Source: Candidatus Eiseniibacteriota bacterium
GTDB lineage: Bacteria; Eisenbacteria; RBG-16-71-46
Length of the DNA: 64,000 nt
Direction: 5' to 3'
Assembly (NCBI GenBank): GCA_963707915.1
Contig: OY970178.1
Span: 1,216,001-1,280,000 of the forward strand
The notes beneath the pieces are model-generated. The model made no database searches and was not told the origin of the DNA. It saw only the letters and a program-made list of their open reading frames with translations. A program made the translations under genes and the position numbers. Numbering within the stretch: position 1 is the stretch's first letter; each line of letters begins with the position of its first letter. This document shows positions 48,388 through 58,168 of this stretch, piece by piece.

Positions 48388-49452
48388 TCACTTGTTGAAC
48401 CGGATGACCAGGCACTGGCCGTCCTGCACCACGTAGTCGCGGCCCTCGAGGCTCAGCCAGCCCTTCTCCCGCGTCGTCGGCGTGTGCCCGCCGGCCTCGA
48501 CCATGTGTTCCCAGTGCACGACCTCGGCCCGGATGAAGCCCTTCGCCAGGTCGCTGTGGATCGCCCCCGCCGCGTCCAGCGTCGTCTCGCCGCGATGGAG
48601 CGTCCACGCCTTCACCTCGTCGGGTCCCACCGTGAAGAACGAGATCAGCCCGAGCAGCTGGTAGCTGACCCGGATGACCAGCGAGAGGCCGTCTTCGTCG
48701 AGCCCCATCTCCGAGCGGAATGCCGGGCGCTCCTCCGGGGGCAGCGAGACGATCTCGCGCTCGAGGTGCGCCTGGAGGGCCACCGCCAGGGCGCCCGGCC
48801 CCGCCGCGGGCGGCACGCGCGTCGCGTCGTCACCCTGGTTGTACACCACCAGCAACGGCTTCTGCGAAAGGAACTGGAAGCCCCGGAGCACCTTCTCGTC
48901 CTCGGCCCCGAAGGACTCGCCCCGCAGGGGCCGCTCGGCCTCGAGCAGTTCCTTGATCCGCGCGAGCATGGCGTGCTCGCGCTCGCCCTCCTTCTTGCCG
49001 ACGCGCAGCTCCTTGCCGAGCCGCTCCATGCGGTTCTCGACGATGGCGAGGTCATTGAGGATGAACTCGGCCTCGAGGTTGCGCAGGTCGCGCGCGGGGT
49101 CCACGCCGTCGGGGGCGGGCTCCAGGTCGCTCTCGAAGTCGCGCACCACGGCCAGCAACGCGTCGCAGTTCCGCACGCCCGAGAACAGGTCCGCCTTGGC
49201 GGCCGCGCGGGCCGAGAGCGCCTCGCGGCCGCCCCGGGCCGCGCCGCTGTCGACGAACTCGATCTGCGCGTGGGTGGTCTTCTTCGGCTGGAAGATCGCG
49301 GCGAGCCGGTCCACCCGCTCGTCGGGCACACGCACCACCCCAAGCTGCTCGCGACCCGCCTGGGCGGCGTGCGCCCCGGCGCCCTGCATGAGGACCTCGA
49401 AGAGCGTGCTCTTGCCGGAGCGCGGCAGACCGAGGATGCCGATTCGCTGCAT
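48388..49452 (-). CDS. ychF: YchF-family (Obg-like) ATPase, divergent
   Basis: IGILGLPRSGKSTLF, VPDERVDRL, LISFFTVGPDEVKAWT, AGAIHSDLAKGFIRAEV, EGRDYVVQDG. Confidence 0.9.
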   Translation of the reverse strand: MQRIGILGLPRSGKSTLFEVLMQGAGAHAAQAGREQLGVVRVPDERVDRLAAIFQPKKTTHAQIEFVDSGAARGGREALSARAAAKADLFSGVRNCDALLAVVRDFESDLEPAPDGVDPARDLRNLEAEFILNDLAIVENRMERLGKELRVGKKEGEREHAMLARIKELLEAERPLRGESFGAEDEKVLRGFQFLSQKPLLVVYNQGDDATRVPPAAGPGALAVALQAHLEREIVSLPPEERPAFRSEMGLDEDGLSLVIRVSYQLLGLISFFTVGPDEVKAWTLHRGETTLDAAGAIHSDLAKGFIRAEVVHWEHMVEAGGHTPTTREKGWLSLEGRDYVVQDGQCLVIRFNK

Positions 49453-49527
49453 GGGGTCCCCCGCCGGATGGAACGAGACGGCCCGCGGGAGTGCCCCGCA
49501 GGCCGTCGGGAGCTCGTGAGGCGCGGC

Positions 49528-49557
49528 AGTCTAGGGTCCGGCGAGAACAGGTGTCAA
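49528..49557 (-). promoter_or_regulatory. sigma70 promoter of ychF
   Basis: TTGACA, 18 bp, TAGACT; the -35 contains the TGA of the upstream gene. Confidence 0.7.
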
Positions 49558-49814
49558 TCGGGCGGCGCGGACTGCTTCCTGGTGCTCAGCGCGTACTCGG
49601 CCGCGAGGGCCGCGTGCAGCCGATCCGTCGCCTTCATCGGCACCTCGATCCGGAGGTCGGCCTGGTAGAGCACGACCGTGCGGCGCACCGTGTCCACGTA
49701 ATAGCTGCAGTCGTGGCAGTCGTGCAGGTGCTCGTCCACCGCCTTGCGCAATTCCGCCTGGACGTCCTCGTCCAGGTACTCGAACAACTGCTCCATCACC
49801 TCGGTGCAATCCAC
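49554..49814 (-). CDS. Soluble zf-HC2 (ZAS) anti-sigma factor
   Basis: DCTEVMEQLFEYLD...EHLHDCHDC (HxxxCxxC); GGAGAG RBS before GTG. Confidence 0.82.
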   Translation of the reverse strand: MDCTEVMEQLFEYLDEDVQAELRKAVDEHLHDCHDCSYYVDTVRRTVVLYQADLRIEVPMKATDRLHAALAAEYALSTRKQSAPPD

Positions 49815-50046
49815 GATGTCTCTCCAGACACTGGCCGGGGGGGGTCTCTTCTGGACGGCCCTGGAAACCAGCCCCGTCCCGCGGTGCCGGTCCTGCCCCC
49901 TCATGATGCGCCAGGGGGCCTCGGGGTTTGCAGGAAGTTGACCTAACCGCTCTGAGCCGTGGCCGGGCCGGCCGCGGGGGGGGCGGGCACCGGAGCACGC
50001 AGGGCTGGGGCCGGGATGGGGATCCCCTGGCCGCCCGAGGAAGGGG

Positions 50047-50122
50047 TGGTGACCCGTGCTGGGATCGAACCAGCGACTCCCTGCTTAAAAGGCAGGTGCT
50101 CTACCGACTGAGCTAACGGGTC
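50047..50122 (-). tRNA. tRNA-Lys (UUU)
   Basis: GACCCGTTAGCTCAGTCGGTAGAGCACCTGCCTTTTAAGCAGGGAGTCGCTGGTTCGATCCCAGCACGGGTCACCA, 76 nt, encoded CCA. Confidence 0.97.
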
Positions 50123-50302
50123 ACGGAGGTGCTGGGCCGCAGGTTAGCGCAGCGGGGCTGGTGGACGCTATGGGCCCCTCTTGCCCGTTGACTCCCAGGA
50201 TGGCATCGTCCCCAAGCATCGAGGCATCCAGCAACAGGCACGTCCCGCGCCGCCGTGGTGTCCAAGCCCCGACATCCAGCCGTCGTTCGGAGTGGCCGTC
50301 AT

Positions 50303-51547
50303 ATGAGCCCAGTAGCGCTCTTCCTACTCACGATCGCCGGCATCTTCCTGATCGGCGTGGCCGGTGAGGTCTTCTTCCGCCGCACGGGCGTTCCGGACGT
50401 CGTGTGGCTGATACTGGTGGGCATCCTCCTCGGCCCCGTGAGCGGTGCAGTGCATCGGGAGCTCCTCGCCAGCATCGCCCCCTACTTCGCCGCCCTCACG
50501 CTCGTGGTCATTCTGTTCGATGGCGGCATCCGCCTCCGGCTGCGTGAGGTTTCCCGGGCGGCCCCCCGTTCCGGCGCCTTGGCATTGCTGGGCTTCCTGC
50601 TGGCGGTGATGGCCGTGACGCTCGTGAGCATGGGGGCCAAGGGAATCGGCTGGCTGCCTGGATCGTGGACCTGGATGCACGGGCTTCTACTGGGCGCGAT
50701 TCTCGGAGGCTCGAGCTCGATCGTCATCATGCCCGCCATGGCCCAGGCCAAGGTGGAACCCAGGGTGGGCAACCTCCTCAATCTGGAGTCGGCCTTCACC
50801 GATGCACTGTGCGTCGTCGGAGCCACGGCCCTCATCAACGTCATCATGGCGGGACCGTCCGGAACCGCGTCGCCCGGCATGGCCCTCCTGCGGTCTTTCG
50901 GGATCGGGCTTGGCGCGGGCTCGGTGGGAGGTGCCGTCTGGCTCCTCCTCCTGAAAGGGCTTCACGCGCGCGCGCACGCGTACCCGATCACGCTTTCGGC
51001 ACTGCTGATTCTGTACGTCTTCATCCAGCAGGTAGGCGGAAGTGCCGCGCTGGGCATTCTTGCGTTTGCCGTGATCGTGGGAAACGCGGGCGCCATCAGT
51101 TCCCGGATCGGGATGGTGTCCGAGTTGGACTTGGGTGCGGACGTACGCGGGGTGCACGGCCAGATTGCCTTCATCATCAAGTCGTTCTTCTTCACCTTCA
51201 TCGGGGCGATGCTGGGTCCACCCTGGGCGCTGATCGGCCTGGGCGTCCTGCTGGGCGTCGTGCTTCTGCTGGCCCGGGTGCCAGCGGTGCACCTCGTCAC
51301 GTTTGGCAGGACCTTCGAGCCGCACGAGAGGAACCTGATCGCGGTCGCCCTTCCCCGCGGGATGGCCGCAGGGGTCCTCGCGACGCTCCCCGCCGCCGCT
51401 GGGGTTCCGGGGACGGAACAGCTATCGACTGTCGTCTTCGCCTGCGTGTTGACGACCGTGCTGATCTTCGCCGTCGGCTTCCCGCTCGTGCGCCGGCGCC
51501 GAGGCTCGGCCCAGGAGATCGTGTCTCCGCCGCCCACGCCAGCGTGA
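50303..51547 (+). CDS. CPA1 (NhaP-type) cation:proton antiporter
   Basis: LVVILFDGG, LNLESAFTD, PRGMAAGVLA; ~13 TMs. Confidence 0.88.
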   Translation: MSPVALFLLTIAGIFLIGVAGEVFFRRTGVPDVVWLILVGILLGPVSGAVHRELLASIAPYFAALTLVVILFDGGIRLRLREVSRAAPRSGALALLGFLLAVMAVTLVSMGAKGIGWLPGSWTWMHGLLLGAILGGSSSIVIMPAMAQAKVEPRVGNLLNLESAFTDALCVVGATALINVIMAGPSGTASPGMALLRSFGIGLGAGSVGGAVWLLLLKGLHARAHAYPITLSALLILYVFIQQVGGSAALGILAFAVIVGNAGAISSRIGMVSELDLGADVRGVHGQIAFIIKSFFFTFIGAMLGPPWALIGLGVLLGVVLLLARVPAVHLVTFGRTFEPHERNLIAVALPRGMAAGVLATLPAAAGVPGTEQLSTVVFACVLTTVLIFAVGFPLVRRRRGSAQEIVSPPPTPA

Positions 51548-51563
51548 GCCGTTCCAACCGGCC

Positions 51564-51857
51564 ATGACGATCTTCGAGATCTCGGCATTACTCGTCACTC
51601 TGGCGGCGGTCTTCAGCTACTTCAATCACCGCTACCTTCGGTTGCCCACCACGATCGGCCTGATGGTTCTGGCGCTCATCCTCTCCCTGGGGCTCATCGC
51701 CGGGGCCCGTCTGTATCCGCCCGCACTGGGCCAGGTCGAGCGTCTGCTCGGGGCCGTCGACTTCGAGAAGGTCCTCCTGCGCGGCATGCTCGGGTTCCTT
51801 CTCTTCGCCGGAGCCTTGCACGTCGATCTCGGCGGGCTGCGGAGGCAGTTGGCGGTC
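51564..51857 (+). pseudogene. nhaP: Truncated NhaP Na+/H+ antiporter (first ~98 aa)
   Basis: FSYFNHRYLRLPTTIGLM..GMLGFLLFAGALHVD, then runs into antisense mscS sequence. Confidence 0.82.
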
Positions 51858-52263
51858 CTTTGGGCGTGTTCACCTGCACGCGGTCTCCCACTCGAAGCGG
51901 CCGGTAGAGCACAAGGGACAGACCTGCGACCATGTTGCCCAGAGTATTCTGCGCGGCGAGGCCCACGACGATCGAGACGACGCCGACTCCCGCAAGCAGC
52001 GCTGTCCCCAGGGCACGCAGTTCCGGAGTGAGATGGGCGTAGAGAATGGCTGCGAGCAGATACGTCAGAACCTGAGCGAACGCGCTGCCGAAACGGAGGC
52101 CGGTCACGTCAGACAGCCGCGAGGCGACTTGTCGCACGACCCTGCGGATCGCGATTGCCACCACAGTGGCGATCCCCATGAACACCGCGCCCCAGGTGAG
52201 TGCGCCGGCCAGCGTCTTGGGATTGAGCAGATCACGCCGAACTGAATCAAGTAGGTGCTCCAT
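51858..52263 (-). pseudogene. mscS: Truncated MscS mechanosensitive channel (TM region only)
   Basis: GVVSIVVGLAAQNTLGNMVAGLSLVLYRPLRVGDRVQV, homology ends at NTPKG. Confidence 0.82.
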
Positions 52264-52519
52264 GTACTCTCTCTCCGTTCGTCAGGCTGCGCCGGTGCTT
52301 CATGGCCTGCGAGGTGCAGACCGCGCGTTGCGAAGTGCCCGTGCGGGTCGGCTCAACGGCTTCACCTGCGGCGCGACGCATGTGAACTCCATGGGTTCCG
52401 GCGCTGGATCGCGCCAGTCGTTAGGGTCGGCCATGGACCCGATTGGGGCCATAGTCGGCGGCGAGCCAATCCAGGATGTCCCAAGTTGCGAACCGTGCGA
52501 TGAAACTCATAGGAAGACT

Positions 52520-53050
52520 CTAGGCCCTCAGCCGCTGCAGGGCCTTCCTGGCTGATCGCCGCGCTTCGGACCCCGGGTCGGTCCCGTCGAGGGCGGCCAC
52601 TACCGGGGACACCAGGTCCCTCAGATCAGTTCTCGCCAGGTCGTGGAGGACGTGATGTGCGCCTTCCCTCAACCACACCAGATCGGATGGCTTCGTCAGC
52701 GCTTCAAGCAAGGGAACCAGCGCGTCGCGACCGATGGCGATCAGTCCTTCCGCGGCCAACCAGCGAACTTCGGAACTTTCGTCCTCCAATGTGGCTACGA
52801 GCGCAGGGGCCGATCTGGAATCTGCAATGTCAGCCAGGGCCTTTGCGGCTTCCCAGCGCACGTCCTCCTTTGGGTCTTTCAGCAACGGGATCAGTAGGTG
52901 CACCGCCGGGCCACCAACAAGCGTCAGGGCAGTGCGCGCCTTGCGGCGTACCATCCCATTCCGACTTCGAAGATCGGCCAGACTTGATTCGATCTCGAAT
53001 AGAGCCCCGCGTGAACCCGGAGCCGATTTCTCCTTCCTGGGTCTTGTCAT
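52520..53050 (-). CDS. HEAT/PBS-lyase repeat protein
   Basis: LKDPKEDVRWEAAKAL, LEDESSEVRWLAAEGL. Confidence 0.82.
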   Translation of the reverse strand: MTRPRKEKSAPGSRGALFEIESSLADLRSRNGMVRRKARTALTLVGGPAVHLLIPLLKDPKEDVRWEAAKALADIADSRSAPALVATLEDESSEVRWLAAEGLIAIGRDALVPLLEALTKPSDLVWLREGAHHVLHDLARTDLRDLVSPVVAALDGTDPGSEARRSARKALQRLRA

Positions 53051-53189
53051 TCCAGTCTCTCCAATGGAAGGGCCAGGGCCGTTGTGCCGGTGCCGCTCGC
53101 ATCGACGCGATTCGCCGAGCCTTCCGGGTCCTCAGCGTCCAGGGCTGGTGCGTCTGGCTCACATCACGACGTTGGCCCCCGACCTGCAC

Positions 53190-53624
53190 TTAGCGCCTGA
53201 CCACCATGACGCTGCACGTTGCGTGCGCCACGACATGCGCGGCAACGCTTCCCATCAGCAATTGCTCGAGCCCGGTGCGACCATGTGAGCCCACGACGAT
53301 CAGGTCGACCCCCTCTCGTTTCGCCTCCTCGAGGAGAGCCTGACGCGGGTCTCCTTCGATCAGGCGCCCTTCGGCCTGCAGGCCCGCCCCCCTGAGCGTC
53401 TCCTGACTGCGCGTCACCAGTTCCTCCTGGGACTCCCTGATCCCTTCCACCATCCAGGCAGCTCTCACCGCCGCGGAGGGTTCGTACGCTCCGAAACCGG
53501 TCGCGGCCGGCTCCAGCGACGAGACGACCAGGATTCGGGTCTCCGCCGGCCATGACAGCTTCTGCACGAATTCGAGCGTGACGCGCGAATGGGGTGAATC
53601 GTCCAAGCCTATCAGCACCTTCAT
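53190..53624 (-). CDS. Universal stress protein
   Basis: VLIGLDDS, GDP, DLIVVGSHGRTG..LMGSVA..ATCSVMVV. Confidence 0.93.
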   Translation of the reverse strand: MKVLIGLDDSPHSRVTLEFVQKLSWPAETRILVVSSLEPAATGFGAYEPSAAVRAAWMVEGIRESQEELVTRSQETLRGAGLQAEGRLIEGDPRQALLEEAKREGVDLIVVGSHGRTGLEQLLMGSVAAHVVAHATCSVMVVRR

Positions 53625-53767
53625 ATGACCTCCGTCGCAAGTTGTGCTTGCCATCCATCACGCCTATCGCGATCCCCCACACCGGCGCGATCGCAATCTG
53701 GTCCTGAGCCCATCCCAGTGGTGTTCATAAGAGGCTCGAATCCTCTGCCCTCCGCTGACGAGTCGGA

Positions 53768-55849
53768 CTACCGGCCGAGTACGGCCTTCGCCGTCTTGAC
53801 TACGTGCTCCACGGTGAATCCGTACCGGGCCATTACCTCGGGTCCTGGCGCCGACGCGCCGAAGCGATCCACGCCGATGATCGCGCCGCCCGGCCCGACG
53901 TAGCGTTCCCAGCCGAACGGCGAGCCCGCCTCCACACTGACCCGCGCGTGCACCGCGGGCGGCAGCACCGCGTGCCGGTACTCGGCGGATTGCGCCTCGA
54001 ACAACTCCCACGACGGCATCGACACGACGCGGCTCCGGATGCCCTCGCCCGCGAGTTGCCGGTGCGCATCGAGCGCGAGAGAGATCTCCGAGCCGGTCGC
54101 GATCAGAATGAGTTCCGGCGGTCCCTTGCCCGCGTCGATCAGGACGTAGGCGCCACGCGTGGTGCCAGTGGCGGGGGCGAGCGTGGTCCGGTCGAGCACC
54201 GGGAGCTTCTGGCGGGTGAGCACCAGCCCCACCGGCCCAGCCGTGTGCTGCATCGCGATCCGCCACGCCTCGACCGTTTCGTTCGCGTCCGCCGGCCGCA
54301 GCACCAGCAGGTTCGGCATCGCTCGCAGGCTGGCGAGCTGCTCGACCGGCTGATGCGTCGGGCCGTCCTCGCCGACCGCCAGGCTGTCGTGGGTCCACAC
54401 GTAGATCACGTGCGCGCCACTCAGAGCGGCCAGCCGGATGCTCGGCCGCATGTAGTCGGAGAACACCAGGAAGGTCGCCCCAAACGGCACCACGCCACCG
54501 TGATGTGCCATGCCCGTGAGGATGGCGGTCATCGCGTGCTCGCGGATCCCGATATGGAGGTTCCGTCCCGCGTAGCCCCACACGCCGCCCGCCTCTCCCT
54601 GCGTCGGCGGGGTCTGCCCGTCCTCCAGTACGGCCGCGCTCTGGAAGTCGCCCTTCCCCTTGAGCATCGTCATTGTCGACGGATCGAGGTCCGCCGACCC
54701 GCCGACGAGGTTCGGCACGGATTCGGCCAGCGCCCTGATCACCTTGCCACCGGCGTCCCGCGTGGCGACGGCGCCGTCCTGGGGCGTGAATTCCGGAAGT
54801 CGGGCGTCCCACTGCGGCGGGAGTTGTCCCGCCATCACCCGGTCGAACTCACCGGCGAGGTCCTCCTCTGCCGTGCGGTATTCGTCCATCGCCCGCTGCC
54901 AGGCGGCGCGCATCGCCGCACCTCGCTCGCGGACCTTGTCGAATTCTCCTTGTGCCTCCTCCGGCACGTAGAACGTCCGATCGTCGGGCCAACCGTAGGC
55001 CCGCTTCGTCAGCCGCGTCTCCTCCTCGCCCAGTGGCTCGCCGTGGGCCTGGCAGGTGTCCTGCTTGTGCAGGCTCCCGAACCCGATGTGCGTGCGCGCC
55101 ACGATGAGAGACGGCCGGCGGTCGTCGGCGCGGGCCGCCACGAGCGCCGCGTCGATCGCGTCCACGTCCATGCCGTCCACGCGCTGCAAGTGCCACCCGT
55201 ACGCCCTGAATCGCGCGCCGACGCCTTCCGAGAAGGTGAGGTTCGTGGTCGCGGAGAGGGTGATGCGGTTCGCGTCGTAGAGCACGATGAGTCGGCCGAG
55301 ACGAAGGTGGCCGGCGAGAGACGCCGCCTCCGAGGCGATTCCCTCCATCAGGTCGCCGTCGCTCGCGAGGACATAGGTCCGGTGGTCCACGATCGTGTGC
55401 CCGGGCCGATTGAAGGTGGCGGCCAGCCAGCGTTCCGCGATCGCCATGCCGACGGCATTGCCGACACCCTGGCCCAGCGGCCCCGTGGTCACCTCGAGAC
55501 CGGGGGTGACTCCACGTTCGGGGTGACCGGGTGTCCGGCTGCCCCAGCGCCGGAAGTTCTTGAGGTCGTCGAGCGTGAGGTCGTACCCCGTCAGATGGAG
55601 CAGGCTGTAGGGCAGCATGCTCCCGTGCCCCGCCGAGAGGACGAATCGATCCCGATCGACCCAGGTCGGTCTCGCGGGGTCATGCCGGAGATGGCGCGTC
55701 CACAGCACGTAGGCCATGGCCGCCGCGCCCATCGGCAGTCCCGGATGTCCCGATGCCGCCTTCTCGATGGCATCAATGCTGAGCGTGCGGATGGTGTTGA
55801 TGCACAGCCGGTCGAGGTCGGACAGGGGCGGCATGCGAGCCTCCTTCAT
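53768..55849 (-). CDS. tkt: Transketolase
   Basis: [53 protein letters not shown]. Confidence 0.97.
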   Translation of the reverse strand: MKEARMPPLSDLDRLCINTIRTLSIDAIEKAASGHPGLPMGAAAMAYVLWTRHLRHDPARPTWVDRDRFVLSAGHGSMLPYSLLHLTGYDLTLDDLKNFRRWGSRTPGHPERGVTPGLEVTTGPLGQGVGNAVGMAIAERWLAATFNRPGHTIVDHRTYVLASDGDLMEGIASEAASLAGHLRLGRLIVLYDANRITLSATTNLTFSEGVGARFRAYGWHLQRVDGMDVDAIDAALVAARADDRRPSLIVARTHIGFGSLHKQDTCQAHGEPLGEEETRLTKRAYGWPDDRTFYVPEEAQGEFDKVRERGAAMRAAWQRAMDEYRTAEEDLAGEFDRVMAGQLPPQWDARLPEFTPQDGAVATRDAGGKVIRALAESVPNLVGGSADLDPSTMTMLKGKGDFQSAAVLEDGQTPPTQGEAGGVWGYAGRNLHIGIREHAMTAILTGMAHHGGVVPFGATFLVFSDYMRPSIRLAALSGAHVIYVWTHDSLAVGEDGPTHQPVEQLASLRAMPNLLVLRPADANETVEAWRIAMQHTAGPVGLVLTRQKLPVLDRTTLAPATGTTRGAYVLIDAGKGPPELILIATGSEISLALDAHRQLAGEGIRSRVVSMPSWELFEAQSAEYRHAVLPPAVHARVSVEAGSPFGWERYVGPGGAIIGVDRFGASAPGPEVMARYGFTVEHVVKTAKAVLGR

Positions 55850-56544
55850 GGGCGTGACCGGGTTCCCGCGGCGGCTGCGTCTGCAACGATCAGCGCACGG
55901 TCGCCCGGTATCCGGCTGGCCGGAATGGAGTCGTCGCCCCGGCGCAGGCTGTCCAGGATCGCGGTCTTGTCGGCCCCCGTCACCAGCCAGAGGATGCGCC
56001 GGGCACGGTGGAGCACTGGGAAGGTGAGCGTCATCCGTCGGTACCCCTGGTAGGGACCGGTCGGAGAAACGTCGACATCATCGACGGCGAGCACCGGATC
56101 ACCCGGGACGAGCGAGGCCGTGTGTCCATCGGTCCCGAGCCCGAGGTGCACGAGATCCAGGATCGCCGGGTCCCCAGCCACGGTCCTGAGCCCTGCAGCG
56201 TACCTCGCGGCGGCCCCGTCGAGATCCGCCTCCTCCACGGGCATGGCATGGAAGTGTCCTTCGGGCAGCTGGACGCGCGACAGCAGGTTCTCATTGAGAT
56301 GCACCAGGATGCGATCAGGGTGACCGGCCGGCACCAGGCGTTCATCGACCTGGAACAGATGGACATTCGCCCAGGGCACGTCTTCCTCCGCCAGACGAGC
56401 AAGCATCCGCCAGGGAGTCGAGCCGCCGCTCGTCGCCAGGAGAGCCCGGCCGCGTAGCGCCACCGACGCCCGGGCCTCCCTCGCGATGAGTGCCGCCGCC
56501 CTGCGGGCCGCAGAATCGACGTCGGGCAGGACCTCCATCCTCAT
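55846..56544 (-). CDS. pgl: 6-phosphogluconolactonase
   Basis: [33 protein letters not shown]. Confidence 0.92.
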   Translation of the reverse strand: MRMEVLPDVDSAARRAAALIAREARASVALRGRALLATSGGSTPWRMLARLAEEDVPWANVHLFQVDERLVPAGHPDRILVHLNENLLSRVQLPEGHFHAMPVEEADLDGAAARYAAGLRTVAGDPAILDLVHLGLGTDGHTASLVPGDPVLAVDDVDVSPTGPYQGYRRMTLTFPVLHRARRILWLVTGADKTAILDSLRRGDDSIPASRIPGDRALIVADAAAAGTRSRP

Positions 56545-57125
56545 CGGTCCCCCCCGAGATGGCACACCTCGTTCCAACACCGGATCAAGCGCTGTTCGCC
56601 ATCGTGGCCGAGTACGCTCAGGGAACCGGTGTCGAGCGCCAGAATGCGGCCCCCGCGTGCCGGCAGCCCCAGCCAACGCGCGGCCAGGATCCTCAGGAAG
56701 TGCCCGTGGGCGAAGAGTGCAACCTCCCCACCGACGGCGAGCGCCTTGGCGATGACGCGATCTGCGCGCTCGCCGACCTGGTCGACCGTCTCGCCCCCCG
56801 GGACCACGCCGTCCCAGATGGTCCAGGCAGCACTCTCAGCGCGGATCTCGTCCGTGGTGCGTCCCTCGTAGACGCCGTAGTCCCACTCCCGGAGGTCATC
56901 GTCGGCGTGAGCGATGTCTCCGTATCCCGCGATACCGCAGGTCGCGCTGGCGCGGTCCAGGGGGCTCGTGAGGACCAGACTGAAGTGGCGGCCAGCGAGC
57001 CTCGACTGCAGGCGTGCGCCCTGCTGCCGGCCGTGCTCGGTGAGAGCGATGTTGGTACGTCCCGTGTGGCGACCCGATACGCTCCACTCCGTGTCGCCGT
57101 GCCGGATGAGCCAGAGTTCGAGCAT
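56541..57125 (-). CDS. Histidine phosphatase (acid phosphatase/SHB17-like)
   Basis: RHGDTEWSVSGRHTGRT, SPLDRA, EWDYGVYEG, AHGHFLR. Confidence 0.9.
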   Translation of the reverse strand: MLELWLIRHGDTEWSVSGRHTGRTNIALTEHGRQQGARLQSRLAGRHFSLVLTSPLDRASATCGIAGYGDIAHADDDLREWDYGVYEGRTTDEIRAESAAWTIWDGVVPGGETVDQVGERADRVIAKALAVGGEVALFAHGHFLRILAARWLGLPARGGRILALDTGSLSVLGHDGEQRLIRCWNEVCHLGGDR

Positions 57126-57145
57126 CTTCGATCTCCGCCCCGCCG

Positions 57146-57738
57146 CTACGGCGACTCCGGTGGTTCGAGCCAGCCCCCCGGGACGATGGCCTGCGCCTCG
57201 ACAGGGCCCCAGGTGCCGGGCTCGTACAAGACCGGCATCTCCTCGTCCCTGAGCAACGGGTCGACGATTCGCCACGCCTCCTCGACGTAGTCCTGACGGG
57301 CGAACCGGAATGTCTCGCCCTTCATGGCGTCCCCGAGCAGTTCGGCGTAGGGTCGGTCTCCGCGCCGTCATGCTCGTGGGTCGCGATGAGTTCCAGGTTG
57401 CGCCCCCTCTCCCTCTCGCCGCCTTCCCTCACGGTGGCGCCGAGCGCGATGGTGAACTCGGGCCTGAGCCGGAAGCGCACATGGTTCGGCGTCAGCGGCG
57501 CCAAGTCCGCGATCGTCTGGTCCAGCACGGCGGCGGGCACCATCATCCAGATGGCCCGCGGCGCGGAGAGCCGCTTCACGAACTCATCCAGCGTGGCCGC
57601 CCCGACGGCGCCCTCGTGCGCCAGCGCCTGCGCCACCTCTGGCACCCGGTCGAATACCACGCAGGTGTGTCCCGCGCGCATGAGGCGCCGCACCATGCTG
57701 GCGCCCATCCGACCGAGACCGATCATTCCCAGTTCCAT
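57146..57738 (-). pseudogene. Deletion chimera: 5' gnd (6-phosphogluconate dehydrogenase) joined to 3' zwf (glucose-6-P dehydrogenase)
   Basis: MIGLGRMG..PRAIWMMVPA (Gnd) joins at ~57492 to NHVRFRL..LLGDAMKG..FARQDYVEEAWRIVDP..YEPGTWGP (Zwf tail); extra frameshift ~57348. Confidence 0.87.
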
Positions 57739-58168
57739 GAACCCTCCACCGTCTTCTGATGCTCCCAGGGGGCCATCAGACCCCTCCCGCCTTCATCGCC
57801 CGATGCGCCGCCCCGATCAATGGCGCCCGGTCGTTCACGATGACGCGGACCGGCATCGCCTCGAGCAGGGGGCGGAGGCGCCCCTTTCCCAGGAAGCGGG
57901 CCAGGAAGATCTCGTGGGCCCGCGAGCGCCACGCCTGCCGGACATCCGCTCCGCCGACGAGGAGCTTCCGCGCGATGCCGCCCCCCAGGTAGACTCCGGC
58001 CGTGGCCATCGTCCGGAGCGCCCAGTTCCCCGCCTCGGCGCCGTAGATCCCCAGGAACAGGTCAACGGACCGGGCGCAGCGGGCGCATCGCCCGTCCACC
58101 CCGGCCTCCGCGACGGCTTCCGTCGGGCCGCGGCGATTCATCTCTTCAGTGAGCCAGGCGGGTTCGTC

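Noticed and set aside
50047..50122. tRNA-Lys as the integration site of the right-hand accessory region
   Set aside because: The region lies on the tRNA's 5' side; no integrase or duplicated tRNA 3' end is visible in the window.
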